A stretch of 57,026 nucleotides of DNA from an uncultured Planctomycetia bacterium (GTDB lineage Bacteria > Omnitrophota > Gorgyraeia > 2-02-FULL-51-18): NCBI GenBank assembly GCA_964612035.1, contig CAZTBX010000088.1, forward strand, positions 1 to 57,026, written 5' to 3'. Below are positions 28,360-37,831 of the stretch, piece after piece. A program made the position numbers and the translations under genes. The notes below the pieces were generated by a model, which did not search any database, was not told the DNA's origin, and saw nothing but the letters and a program-made list of their open reading frames with translations. The stretch's first letter is position 1. Every line of letters begins with the position of its first letter.

Positions 28360-29604
28360 GTGAAAGTCCTTCTTGTCAACCAAGGGTTCTATCCTGATGT
28401 CGTGTCAACGGCGCAGCATTTGACTGATCTTGCGCAAGATCTTGCCGCAGCTGGCCATGAAGTGACAGTCATCACTGGAAATCATGGCTATGATGACTCC
28501 ACGGTTGTTTATCCGCGGTTTGACGTCTTGGGATCAGTGAAAATTCACCGTGTCTCATACACATCGCTTGGAAAAAAATCAAAAGTAGCGCGGGCGGTCG
28601 ATTTTGCAACATTCCATTTGGCGCTCCTCCTCAAGCTGTTTACTATTCCTAGACAGGATGTTGTGGTGGGCCTGACATCGCCTCCCCTGGTGGCCTTGCC
28701 CTGCCTTTTTTTCCGTGTGCTGAAAGGTGGATGTTTCGTGTACTGGGTCATGGACATGAATCCGGACGAGGCGATCGCTGCGGGATGGCTGAAGGAATGT
28801 TCTCTCATTGGTCGTTTGCTGTCGGCGCTGTCCGGATGGTCATTCCGAAAAAGCGATCAGGTTGTGGCTTTGGACCGCTTCATGAAAATGCGGATCGAGC
28901 GCCGTTATAAAGTTGAGTCCGAGCGGATCCGTGTACTGCCGCCTTGGGCGCATGATGACGCGTTGAAGTCTATTCCAAACGATCAAAACACATTCAGGCA
29001 TTCTAGGGGTATGAGCGATAAATTCGTCGTGATGTATTCAGGCAATCACAGCCCATGCCATCCACTGGACACTGTTTTGGGCGCGGCAAGGGCATTGAAG
29101 GACGATCCAGCCGTCTTATTTTATTTTATCGGAGGCGGGAGCCTCGTGCCATGTGTCACCGCGTTTAAAAAAGAGCATTCTATTGCAAACATCGTCCAAT
29201 TGCCTTATCAGCCGATGGGGGCACTTTCAGAGTCTTTATCTGCTGGTGACTTGCATGTGGTGGTGATGGGCGGACCCTTTGTCGGCATCGTGCATCCTTG
29301 CAAGGTTTACGGTATCCTATCTGTGGGTCGGCCATTTGTTTTTATCGGCCCCGAGGAGGGGCACATGGCTGATGTGGTTCGCGAATCGAATTTAGGTTAC
29401 CATGTTCGTCCATACGATGTGAAGGCGTTGCTTCAGGTCATTGATAAAGTGCGCCGACTGGGGAACGAGGAGAAAGCTGAGATCCAAAAGCAGAGCCTAG
29501 CGTTTCAAAAGCGTTTTTCGCGCCGGCATCTTTCCCCGCAACTTATTCGGGTTCTTGAAGAAACGCATGCTAAAAATGGCACGGACGGACGAAATATTTG
29601 TTAA
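28360..29604 (+). CDS. Glycosyltransferase, GT4 family (WcaI-like)
   Basis: 414 aa with a GTG start. MKVLLVNQGFYPDVVSTAQHLTDLAQDLAAAGHEVTVITG resembles WcaI-type N-termini. Confidence 0.8.
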   Translation: MKVLLVNQGFYPDVVSTAQHLTDLAQDLAAAGHEVTVITGNHGYDDSTVVYPRFDVLGSVKIHRVSYTSLGKKSKVARAVDFATFHLALLLKLFTIPRQDVVVGLTSPPLVALPCLFFRVLKGGCFVYWVMDMNPDEAIAAGWLKECSLIGRLLSALSGWSFRKSDQVVALDRFMKMRIERRYKVESERIRVLPPWAHDDALKSIPNDQNTFRHSRGMSDKFVVMYSGNHSPCHPLDTVLGAARALKDDPAVLFYFIGGGSLVPCVTAFKKEHSIANIVQLPYQPMGALSESLSAGDLHVVVMGGPFVGIVHPCKVYGILSVGRPFVFIGPEEGHMADVVRESNLGYHVRPYDVKALLQVIDKVRRLGNEEKAEIQKQSLAFQKRFSRRHLSPQLIRVLEETHAKNGTDGRNIC

Positions 29605-29628
29605 ACTTTAACCATCGGGAGACCTTCA

Positions 29629-30795
29629 TTGGACAAAGTTCTTTTTGAAGCCATTATCTTTTTAGCTGCTTCTACGGCGGCCGGCCTTCTTTCTTTTGTC
29701 CTTACCTTTTCGTTCACCCGGTTAGGGCACCGATATCAACTCCTAGATTATCCCACTGAAAGAAAAGCGCATTTGAGGCCTGTGCCCTTCTTGGGAGGTG
29801 TGGCCGTTTTTGTCTCTTTTTGGGCTCTCGTGTACGCAACGATCGGAGGGGTTCTCTTTTTTAAGATCCAGCTCTATTTGTCGGAAGGGATCGACCTGTG
29901 GCGGCACACACTTATGCTCGTGCCAAAAATCACCGTCATCTTTTTTGGCGGTCTTATCATCCTGTTGGTGGGTTTGTTCGATGACAAGTATGCCTGGAGC
30001 CCTCTGAAGAAGCTCGGTGGTCAGATGTTGGCGGCACTCATCTTGATGAGTTTCGGTCTTACGATCAATCTTTTTCAAGGGCTCGGCGTTTTAGGTTTCT
30101 TGATCACCTTCATCTGGATCCTTCTCATGATGAACGCCTTTAATTTCATTGATTCGCTTGATGGCCATTGCACGGGTATCGCCATTATTTCAGCCATGAC
30201 TTTTCTTTGTATTTCACAGATCATTCATCAATCCGTGATAAGTCTTTTTTTGGCGGTCTTCGTGGGGGCTCTTCTTGGTTTTCTTCCGCATAACTTTAAA
30301 CCCGCAAAAATTTTTTTAGGAGATAACGGGAGCCTTTTTATTGGCTACATGATGGCGGCGTTCACTCTTCTTTGTAGTTACCAGACGCCCCAGACCACCT
30401 ACGCGACGCTGTTCATTCCGGTGCTCGTTTTCGGAGTCCCTATTTATGACACGGTTTCTGTCGTCGTGGTGCGCCTGTTGCGCGGTGTTGTCCCCTGGCA
30501 AGGGGACCGTAACCATTTTGCGCACCGCCTCGTGAAGATCGGGATGTCTGACCGAGCAGCGGTGATTTTTTCGTACTTTATCTCGTGGACCACGGGCTTG
30601 CTTGCCATTCTCATGACGCAGGTGCGTGGGTTTGGGGCCGCGCTGATAGGTGTCATTTTTGTATCCATCCTTGCGGTGGTCGCGTTTCTCGAATTTTACG
30701 CGGCGAAGACCATTCGTCTCACCGAAATGTTGGCGGCGAGGAAAAAACGTCGCAAGTCCGACGTTCAGGAATACCGCGAACTGCACGGGGGCTAA
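29629..30795 (+). CDS. Polyprenyl-phosphate N-acetylhexosamine-1-phosphate transferase (WecA/MraY superfamily), initiating enzyme
   Basis: 388 aa with a TTG start and more than 10 TM segments. Motifs LFDDKYAWSP, NAFNFIDSLDG and LGDNGSLFIGY. Confidence 0.9.
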   Translation: MDKVLFEAIIFLAASTAAGLLSFVLTFSFTRLGHRYQLLDYPTERKAHLRPVPFLGGVAVFVSFWALVYATIGGVLFFKIQLYLSEGIDLWRHTLMLVPKITVIFFGGLIILLVGLFDDKYAWSPLKKLGGQMLAALILMSFGLTINLFQGLGVLGFLITFIWILLMMNAFNFIDSLDGHCTGIAIISAMTFLCISQIIHQSVISLFLAVFVGALLGFLPHNFKPAKIFLGDNGSLFIGYMMAAFTLLCSYQTPQTTYATLFIPVLVFGVPIYDTVSVVVVRLLRGVVPWQGDRNHFAHRLVKIGMSDRAAVIFSYFISWTTGLLAILMTQVRGFGAALIGVIFVSILAVVAFLEFYAAKTIRLTEMLAARKKRRKSDVQEYRELHGG

Positions 30796-30797
30796 GC

Positions 30798-31139
30798 ATG
30801 GAATCCAATCAGAGGCCGTGGGGTCATTACGATATCCTTTTAAAGGAGGCTTCCTGCCAGGTGAAGCGCATCGAGGTGCTGCCGGATCTGCGTTTTAGCC
30901 TGCAAAAACATGCGCGCCGCTCCGAGCGCTGGATCGTTCTCTCGGGCACGGGCATTGCCACCGTGGGGAAAAAAGAGACGACCGTTTCTCAAGGTTCTTA
31001 TGTGGAAGTGCCTCTCGGAGAGCTTCACCGCATGCACAATACCGGCCGTGAGCCGCTTGTTTTTATCGAAGTGCAAATCGGCGATTATCTCGAGGAAGAC
31101 GACATCGTGCGGGTGGAGGATGATTTTAACCGCCGATGA
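30798..31139 (+). CDS. Small stand-alone cupin (mannose-6-phosphate isomerase type II C-terminal-domain-like)
   Basis: 113 aa from the ATG at 30798. RPWGHYDIL...RIEVLPDLRFSLQKHARRSERWIVLSG...EVPLGELHRMHNTG. The upstream extension to 30585 overlaps the WecA-like gene and is rejected. Confidence 0.7.
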   Translation: MESNQRPWGHYDILLKEASCQVKRIEVLPDLRFSLQKHARRSERWIVLSGTGIATVGKKETTVSQGSYVEVPLGELHRMHNTGREPLVFIEVQIGDYLEEDDIVRVEDDFNRR

Positions 31140-31933
31140 TGTTCAGCGTTCCTGCATGTTCTAGACAGAGGTTTCTTGTCTTCGTTCTGGCCGCAGCACT
31201 GGTTCTCGGCGGCTGCGCTCGTAGCACGCCCCGTCCGCTGGTGTCTTCGGGCCCCATGGCGCCGCACGCGGTGCCCGCTACGGGCTTTTACCACGTTACC
31301 GAGCGCGGGCAGACGCTTTACCGCATCGCAAAAATGTACGGGACCGATGCGCACGAGCTCATGCGCGTGAACCACATCGCGAACCCGAGCCGACTGGAGA
31401 TCGGGCAGAGGCTTTTCATTCCGAGGCCTCAGCAGGCGCCGTTTGTTCCTTCGGTCAGGCGCGAACCCGTGACACGGGCCGATGCGCGGCGCCTCATCGA
31501 CACGCTCGGCCAAAGCTATCCTTGGCGCACCATCACGCTGCATCACAGCGGCACGGTGAGAGGCAGTGCCCTGCATTTTCATCGTGACCATCTGCGCCGC
31601 CGTATGGGGGGACTCTTCTATCACTTCGTCGTCGGGAACGGATCGTATACGCCGGACGGCGCCATCGAAGTCGGCTGGAGATGGAAAAAACAGGTCAAGG
31701 CCAATCGACCTTATGACATTCAGATCTGTATTGTCGGTGACTTCAATCGCCAGGAAATGACGGAGGCGCAGTTCAATTCCGTGTGCCATGTTTTGGCGGC
31801 CTTGCAGGAGAAATTCGGGATAGACCTCGATTCCATACGTCGCCATGAAGACATCAAAAACAAGCACACGGAGTGCCCGGGCCGTAACTTTCCGTATCAT
31901 CGTATTCTCCAGCGTTTGGGCGAGCGCCGCTAG
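31136..31933 (+). CDS. LysM-domain N-acetylmuramoyl-L-alanine amidase (Amidase_2/PGRP fold) lipoprotein
   Basis: 265 aa. Lipobox LVLGGC. LysM YHVTERGQTLYRIAKMYGTDAHELMRVNHIANPSRLEIGQRLFIP. Amidase_2 blocks ITLHHSGT and HEDIKNKHTECPGRNFP. Confidence 0.8.
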   Translation: MMFSVPACSRQRFLVFVLAAALVLGGCARSTPRPLVSSGPMAPHAVPATGFYHVTERGQTLYRIAKMYGTDAHELMRVNHIANPSRLEIGQRLFIPRPQQAPFVPSVRREPVTRADARRLIDTLGQSYPWRTITLHHSGTVRGSALHFHRDHLRRRMGGLFYHFVVGNGSYTPDGAIEVGWRWKKQVKANRPYDIQICIVGDFNRQEMTEAQFNSVCHVLAALQEKFGIDLDSIRRHEDIKNKHTECPGRNFPYHRILQRLGERR

Positions 31934-33000
31934 TGAACCCTAAGATCGTGGATGCCAAGGACGCCACCGGCCTGGAAAAAGCGGCTGGTATCCTCGCGGC
32001 CGGTGGTGTCGTGGCGTTTCCTACAGAAACCGTGTACGGTCTCGGCGCAGACGTGTTCAACCCCAGGGCGGTAGCACGCATTTTCGAGATCAAAAAAAGG
32101 CCGGCCTTCGATCCTCTGATCGTGCACGTGGCCGATCCGGGTGACACGAAAAAGCTGTGGAAAGACATCCCGCCTCTTGCCGAGAAATTGATGCGCGGTT
32201 TTTGGCCCGGACCGCTTACCCTCGTTCTTTCCAAGCAGGTTGAGGTGCCTGACATCGTGACGGCCGGGCTTTCCACTGTCGGCGTCCGCATGCCCAGGCA
32301 TCCGGCGGCTCTTGGACTCATCCGCCGCTTCGGAAAGCCAGTGGCCGCGCCCAGCGCGAATATTTTTGGCCGCACAAGTCCCACCTCTGCCGAGGCTGTC
32401 GCCGAACAGCTCGCCGATGCGCCGGACCTCATTTTGGACGGGGGACGGACGGAGGTGGGTGTCGAATCCACGGTGCTGAAGATCGAAGGGGACCGCTGTG
32501 TGCTTCTGAGGCCAGGTGGCGTGACCGTCGAAGAACTCTCACAATGGGTGCGGGTGGAAGCGCCCGCGTCTTCGGGAGAAGCGGCACCCGAATCTCCCGG
32601 CCGCATGAAAAGCCACTATGCGCCCGAGACGCCTTTTTATTTGATGGGTGTCGCGCCCGGTGAATTCGTGAAAACACTGACGCGCGTCAAAGACCGTTGC
32701 CTTTCGGAGGGCCGCGCCTGGCCGCGCATTGGATGCCTGCTGTTCCAAAAACATCCGGCTGACGGCGTTTTTGCCGAGCAAAGCGTCCTCAGTGCCAGAG
32801 GCGACCTCCGGGAAGCTGCCTCGACGCTGTTTGACGCCATGCGCAAACTTGATAAAATGAAGCTGGACCTCATTATCGCTGAGGACATCCCCGAGAGCGG
32901 GCTTGGGCTGGCCATCATGGATAGGCTCCGCAAAGCAGCTTCCGGACGTAAAGCAACGATGGAGATCTTCGAACATGGAGCTCATGAGCAAAAAAAATAA
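31933..33000 (+). CDS. tsaC: L-threonylcarbamoyladenylate synthase (Sua5/YwlC type, with C-terminal Sua5 domain)
   Basis: 355 aa with a GTG start. VVAFPTETVYGLGADVFN, KKRPAFDPLIVHV and VAAPSANIFGRTSPT. Confidence 0.9.
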   Translation: MNPKIVDAKDATGLEKAAGILAAGGVVAFPTETVYGLGADVFNPRAVARIFEIKKRPAFDPLIVHVADPGDTKKLWKDIPPLAEKLMRGFWPGPLTLVLSKQVEVPDIVTAGLSTVGVRMPRHPAALGLIRRFGKPVAAPSANIFGRTSPTSAEAVAEQLADAPDLILDGGRTEVGVESTVLKIEGDRCVLLRPGGVTVEELSQWVRVEAPASSGEAAPESPGRMKSHYAPETPFYLMGVAPGEFVKTLTRVKDRCLSEGRAWPRIGCLLFQKHPADGVFAEQSVLSARGDLREAASTLFDAMRKLDKMKLDLIIAEDIPESGLGLAIMDRLRKAASGRKATMEIFEHGAHEQKK

Positions 33001-33892
33001 CACTGTTTGGGAAACGCGTCTGCCGCTGCCGCTTCTGAACCGCGGAAAGGTACGCGACATTTACGCCGTGGGGGACGACAAGCTTTTGATCGTGACCACG
33101 GATCGTTTGAGCGCGTTCGATGTGGTGTTGCCGTCGCCGATCCCGGACAAAGGAAAGGTGCTGAACCAGATCTCGCTTTTCTGGTTCAAGAAATTCAAGA
33201 ACATAGTCCCGAACCACATCCTCGGTGACGACGTGCGGCGCATGGGGCTCGAAAAGGCCCTCGTGAAAGAGCACGGAAAAGAGCTTGAGGGCCGCTCGGT
33301 GCTCGTGCGGCGCACGCAGCCGCTTCCCGTGGAATGTGTGGTGCGCGGATTTTTGTCCGGTTCCGGATGGAAGGATTATTTGAAAAGCGGAAAAGTCTGC
33401 GGTCACTCGCTTCCAGCGGGACTTCGCCAGTCCGAAGAGCTGAGCGAGCCGATATTCACGCCGGCGACGAAGGCGACTGTCGGACATGACATGAACATCG
33501 ATTTCACGCAGACCGTGGAACTCGTGGGTGAGGGCGTCGCGCGGCAGATCCAGGATCTTTCCATCGCTATCTATAAGGAAGGTGTGCGTTTTGCGAAAAC
33601 CAAGGGCATCCTGATCGCGGACACCAAGTTCGAGTTCGGGCTTCTGGAGGGTAAGCTGATCCTCATCGATGAAGTGCTGACTCCGGACAGTTCGCGGTTC
33701 TGGCCGAAGAAAACCTACGAAGTGGGGCGTGATCAGCCGAGCCTCGACAAACAGATCGTGCGCAATCATCTCTTGCAGTCGGGATGGAAGCAGACCCCAC
33801 CGGGGCCGGTGCTCCCCGACGAAGTGATGCGGAAGACCTCGGCGGCTTACAAGGACGTTTACAAACGACTCACCGGCAAGACGCTCGGTTGA
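32975..33892 (+). CDS. purC: Phosphoribosylaminoimidazole-succinocarboxamide synthase
   Basis: 305 aa from the ATG at 32975. LLNRGKVRDIYAVGDDKLLIVTTDRLSAFD and ILIADTKFEFG. The upstream extension to 32903 overlaps tsaC. Confidence 0.95.
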   Translation: MELMSKKNNTVWETRLPLPLLNRGKVRDIYAVGDDKLLIVTTDRLSAFDVVLPSPIPDKGKVLNQISLFWFKKFKNIVPNHILGDDVRRMGLEKALVKEHGKELEGRSVLVRRTQPLPVECVVRGFLSGSGWKDYLKSGKVCGHSLPAGLRQSEELSEPIFTPATKATVGHDMNIDFTQTVELVGEGVARQIQDLSIAIYKEGVRFAKTKGILIADTKFEFGLLEGKLILIDEVLTPDSSRFWPKKTYEVGRDQPSLDKQIVRNHLLQSGWKQTPPGPVLPDEVMRKTSAAYKDVYKRLTGKTLG

Positions 33893-34365
33893 GGAAGATC
33901 TTTGCGGCGATTTTGCCGGCATTTTTCATCGCTGTTGGCGCGGGCGCGCTGTATGCCGCCGAGACCTGCGTGGTCGAGAGCGTGGACTTGAAAGACTCCG
34001 AGGGTAATTGGAGGCGAGTGTCTCAGCCTGACACGGTGATTCCTTTCGAGGAAAAAGAGGCCGCGGTCTCTTTCTTCAATAACGGCCGTGTCCCGCCCGG
34101 CGAATATGTCAATTTCAGGGTGGGGCTTCTCTGCACGGCCGCCGAGGCTTCCGCCTCGCTAGAGAAGCATCACGCCCGCGTGTTCCGCGTGACGGGGAAA
34201 AGTGATTGGTCCGCGCTCGAGATACGCAAGGGCTCGTTCGTGAGGATAGAATTTTTGTTCGACAATTCGGAGGAGGGTCCGATCAAAAAGGTGAAGCGCA
34301 TTCAAATTTTAGCCGACGAGGAAACACGACGGGTGGAAAATGCTGATCTTGTCCTGGCCCCTTAA
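33889..34365 (+). CDS. Small secreted protein of unknown function
   Basis: 158 aa from the TTG at 33889 (TTGA overlap with the purC stop). N-terminal signal RKIFAAILPAFFIAVGAGALYAAE. No recognisable catalytic motif. Confidence 0.45.
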   Translation: MRKIFAAILPAFFIAVGAGALYAAETCVVESVDLKDSEGNWRRVSQPDTVIPFEEKEAAVSFFNNGRVPPGEYVNFRVGLLCTAAEASASLEKHHARVFRVTGKSDWSALEIRKGSFVRIEFLFDNSEEGPIKKVKRIQILADEETRRVENADLVLAP

Positions 34366-34395
34366 CTCTTTTTAAAAAAAGGACTCGCAAAAAAT

Positions 34396-34968
34396 ATGGT
34401 CTTAACCCCCTCAATGATGAAACCCCTCGGCATGCAGGCACCTGATTTTTCATTACCGGATGTCGTGTCGAAAAAAAAGATCTCGCTCGCTGCGTTCTCG
34501 GGGAAAAAGGCGCTTCTCGTCATGTTCATCTGCCGGCACTGTCCGTATGTGCAGCACGTGAAAGAGGAATTGGCGCGTCTCGGGCGCGATCACGAGGCAA
34601 AAGGCCTCGGCATCGTCGCCATCAGCTCGAACGACGCCGACAATTATCCGGACGACAAGCCCGAAAGCCTGAAGGCCATGGCCAAAGAACTCTCGTTCAA
34701 TTTCCCGTTCTGCTATGACGAAACACAGCAGACGGCACTCGATTATGGGGCTGCCTGCACGCCGGATTTTTTCCTCTTCGACTCAAAGCAAAGACTTTTT
34801 TATCGCGGCCAGCTAGACGACAGCCGGCCCGGTAACGGCATTCCCGTCACCGGCAAAGACCTGCGTGAAGCCATTGGCTTGGCACTGGCCGGCAAAGAGC
34901 CTCCCAAAAAACAAAAACCGAGTATTGGTTGCAACATCAAATGGAAACCCGGCAAAGGACCCGTGTGA
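34396..34968 (+). CDS. Thioredoxin-fold redoxin (AhpC/TSA-like thiol-disulfide oxidoreductase)
   Basis: 190 aa. C-x2-C context FICRHCPYVQHV, with PDFFLFD and YRGQLDDSRP blocks typical of this redoxin family. Confidence 0.8.
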   Translation: MVLTPSMMKPLGMQAPDFSLPDVVSKKKISLAAFSGKKALLVMFICRHCPYVQHVKEELARLGRDHEAKGLGIVAISSNDADNYPDDKPESLKAMAKELSFNFPFCYDETQQTALDYGAACTPDFFLFDSKQRLFYRGQLDDSRPGNGIPVTGKDLREAIGLALAGKEPPKKQKPSIGCNIKWKPGKGPV

Positions 34969-36005
34969 CCTCGCAGTGTGAACTTATTCAAAAGTTGGTA
35001 TGCCCTCGCACCCACTCCTCTTTGAAGGTTAACGAGGGTATTTTGGTCTCTGATTCGGGAGCAAAATACTTCATGGCGGACGATACGCCGGTGATGTTAT
35101 TAGACGATATTGAACAGAGTATGGGCCTAGTAGAAAACTCACTCAGAAGAGTTCGAGGGGAGAATGGGGACGTTCGCGCGCCTGAGCTTTATTTAGAATC
35201 CCTTGGGCTGGCCGAAGAGGAAAAGCAGGGGATCGTTGATCTGTACAGATCGGGGAATTGCAAGATCGACCCCGTTGTGTCATTTCTTGTGGGCGCGACC
35301 AATGGCATTGGATACAAACATTTAGTTGGTAAATTATGCGAGTACCCAATTCCAGAATTGCCGCTGCCTCCTTCGAATGGGGCTTCTTTTTTAGATATAG
35401 GCTGTAATTGGGGAAGATGGTGTATCTCCGCCAAACGGTTAGGCTACGCGCCTATCGGGATCGACCCTTCCCTGGGTGCGATCATGGCCGCCAAGAGAGT
35501 CGCTAAGCAATTAGAGTTACCCCTGGAGTATGTCGTTGGCGATGCACGGCACTTGCCATTCAAGGAAAATAGTTTTGATGTCGTGTTTTCTTACAGTGTG
35601 TTGCAACATTTTAGCACCCAAGATGCCGTGAGAGTGATGTCTGAAATAGGCAGGGTTTTAAAACCCAATGGCCATTCTGTGATCCAAATGCCCAATAAAT
35701 GGGGAGCGCGTTGTTTGCAGCATCAGATCAGAAGGGGTTTTAGGGAGGCCAAGGATTTTGAAGTCAGGTATTGGAGTATCGGGGATTTAAGGGAGGAGTT
35801 CGTAAAGGCAATTGGAAAGACAAGTGTGTTTGTTGATTGTTTTTTGGGATTAGGATTGCAAAAGTCTGATATTGCCTTGATGCCAGCCTATAAAAGACCA
35901 TTGATCCATTTTTCAGAATTACTCAAACGAATGAGCAAGAAGCTCTCCTTTTTAATTGATGTGGCTGACAGTGTATTCGTCGAATCTTGGAAACCTGCGA
36001 AATGA
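34929..36005 (+). CDS. Class I SAM-dependent methyltransferase with an N-terminal Trm112-like zinc-ribbon segment
   Basis: 358 aa (alternative ATG at 34941). LIQKLVCPRTHSSLKV...TPVMLLDD is Trm112-like. SAM motif I FLDIGCNWGRW. Motif FDVVFSYSVLQHF. Confidence 0.8.
   Translation: MQHQMETRQRTRVTSQCELIQKLVCPRTHSSLKVNEGILVSDSGAKYFMADDTPVMLLDDIEQSMGLVENSLRRVRGENGDVRAPELYLESLGLAEEEKQGIVDLYRSGNCKIDPVVSFLVGATNGIGYKHLVGKLCEYPIPELPLPPSNGASFLDIGCNWGRWCISAKRLGYAPIGIDPSLGAIMAAKRVAKQLELPLEYVVGDARHLPFKENSFDVVFSYSVLQHFSTQDAVRVMSEIGRVLKPNGHSVIQMPNKWGARCLQHQIRRGFREAKDFEVRYWSIGDLREEFVKAIGKTSVFVDCFLGLGLQKSDIALMPAYKRPLIHFSELLKRMSKKLSFLIDVADSVFVESWKPAK
34936..34960 (+). repeat. Junction repeat, copy 1 (native redoxin 3' end)
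   Basis: atcaaatggaaacccggcaaaggac. Near-identical strings occur at 38787-38810 and 40377-40400. Confidence 0.85.
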
Positions 36006-36853
36006 ATATTTTTAAAAAAATCGAACACCACGTAGAGGTCTCAGGTTTCTGGGAAGCCGTCTTAATGTTTTTGAAGCGTTTTCCATTTATTCGTCACTCG
36101 GTAACGTTTGCCAACCTTGTTGTGCGTAAACGCACTCATCACAACACCAATAATTCTCTTTTTCCTGATGTCGATGTTCGTCGGGTTCTTTTAGACGTTA
36201 AAAAAAACGCACTCTATCTAGGCATGGATCTTTCGGGTGAGCTAGTTGAAGAAATTCAAAGATTTGCCGAAGAATCCGAATGCGTGGTCGTCGCTGGAGG
36301 AAAACGGCACTCTTATCGATACAAAGAACGCATCAATACGGAACGTCTTATCGGATATCGATTGCCATTGGCGCGTTATGCTGATTTAGCCGCTTGTCCA
36401 GCTATCCGAAGGATTCAAGAAGACCCCAAGCTCCTTGAAATTTCCACTCGTTATCTTCTTGGAGATCCGCATCGAGTCAATGCAATAATGTGGTGGAGCT
36501 TTCCGATAGAGGCAACCGACGAGGAAAGATTGGCTGCCAACCAAACGGTTCGTTTTCATTACGATCTGGAAAGTTTCCGTTTTATTTATTTTAATTTTTA
36601 TCTGACGGATGTTGATCTAGATTCTGGCCCGCATGTTATTGTGCTGGGCAGTCATCGTAAAAAAAAGTTGTCTCATTTTTTCTCATCCGTCAATAGAAGC
36701 GATGAAGATATTCAGCGTTTTTATGGCAGATCAAAAATTATTGAAATCACTGGAAAATCTGGAATGGGATTTGTTGAAGATTCATACTGTTATCATAAAG
36801 CGTGTATTCCTCTAAAAAAATCTCGTTTGATGTTGCAAATCCGGGTTACTTAA
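35987..36853 (+). CDS. Probable Fe(II)/2-oxoglutarate dioxygenase (PhyH-like)
   Basis: 288 aa (alternative ATG at 36002). H-x-D in VRFHYDLE, GPHVIVLGSHRKK, a distal His in SYCYHKA and Arg in RLMLQIR fit the PhyH facial-triad layout. Assignment rests on motifs only. Confidence 0.55.
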   Translation: METCEMNIFKKIEHHVEVSGFWEAVLMFLKRFPFIRHSVTFANLVVRKRTHHNTNNSLFPDVDVRRVLLDVKKNALYLGMDLSGELVEEIQRFAEESECVVVAGGKRHSYRYKERINTERLIGYRLPLARYADLAACPAIRRIQEDPKLLEISTRYLLGDPHRVNAIMWWSFPIEATDEERLAANQTVRFHYDLESFRFIYFNFYLTDVDLDSGPHVIVLGSHRKKKLSHFFSSVNRSDEDIQRFYGRSKIIEITGKSGMGFVEDSYCYHKACIPLKKSRLMLQIRVT

Positions 36854-37831
36854 ATGGAAAGCCGATCCTTAGGGAAAACAGGTCTTCGGTCGTCTGTCAT
36901 TGGCTTCGGGTGCGCGCCAATAGCTTCACGAGCGGGCACCGCCTCTTCCCAGCGAGCGCTGGAATTAGCATTGAATAGAGGGGTCACTTTTTTTGATACG
37001 GCAGATTTCTATGGTCAGGGAGATAGTGAGAGACTTTTGGGAAAGACGCTGTCTAGATACCGCCGAGATGACATGATCATCGCAACGAAAGCCGGGATGA
37101 AGTATTCGGAGCGGCTGAAAACGTTTTTCTTTTTAAAACCTCTAGTCCGCCCGCTTGTAAGACGTTTTCGACCCGTCCGGCAGGTTGTTACCAATGCTTT
37201 TAATTCACAAGTCACAACCGGGCATTTCAGTGAAGATCATCTTTCGCGGGCAGTGGAAGGGAGTCTTAAGCGGCTGCGAACCGAATGTGTTGATTTTTTC
37301 TTACTTCATAGCCCTTCCATGAAAGACTTGCAGGGGGGCTATGTTTTCGAGATGCTTGAACGTCTGAGGCGCGCGGGTAAAATTAAATATTACGGCATCT
37401 CATCGGATGTCCGGACGGCTCTTGAAGCCTTAAAAATTGGGGGCGAAGGGTTTGCTTGCCTGGAAGTGCCTATCAATTTTTATGCTTCGGAAGCGCTGAG
37501 CAAGCTTGTTCCGATGGCGAGCGCTCAAGGTGTTGCGTTGATAGCGCGGGAGCCTTTTGCGAATGGCCGGATCTTCTCCCCATCCCCGGTTAATTTCTCA
37601 TTTGTAAATAATTGTGGTTTAACCATTGCGCAAGCAGCTATTCGTTTTTTACTGTCAATCGCGGGTATTTCCGTTGTCCTTCCGAGCATGGTGAATATTC
37701 GGCACATCGAAGAAAATATACAAGCGCTTTCCGGCCTGGAATTGCCGGCAGATGCACGCTCCAAAATTTTTGAATTGATGAAAGAAAATTCTAAAACAAG
37801 CTCGTATTCTGATCCCCGAAAGGATTTATAA
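36854..37831 (+). CDS. Aldo/keto reductase
   Basis: 325 aa. LGKTGLRSSVIGFGC, GVTFFDTADFYGQGDSERLLGK and VDFFLLHSP are classic AKR blocks. Confidence 0.9.
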   Translation: MESRSLGKTGLRSSVIGFGCAPIASRAGTASSQRALELALNRGVTFFDTADFYGQGDSERLLGKTLSRYRRDDMIIATKAGMKYSERLKTFFFLKPLVRPLVRRFRPVRQVVTNAFNSQVTTGHFSEDHLSRAVEGSLKRLRTECVDFFLLHSPSMKDLQGGYVFEMLERLRRAGKIKYYGISSDVRTALEALKIGGEGFACLEVPINFYASEALSKLVPMASAQGVALIAREPFANGRIFSPSPVNFSFVNNCGLTIAQAAIRFLLSIAGISVVLPSMVNIRHIEENIQALSGLELPADARSKIFELMKENSKTSSYSDPRKDL

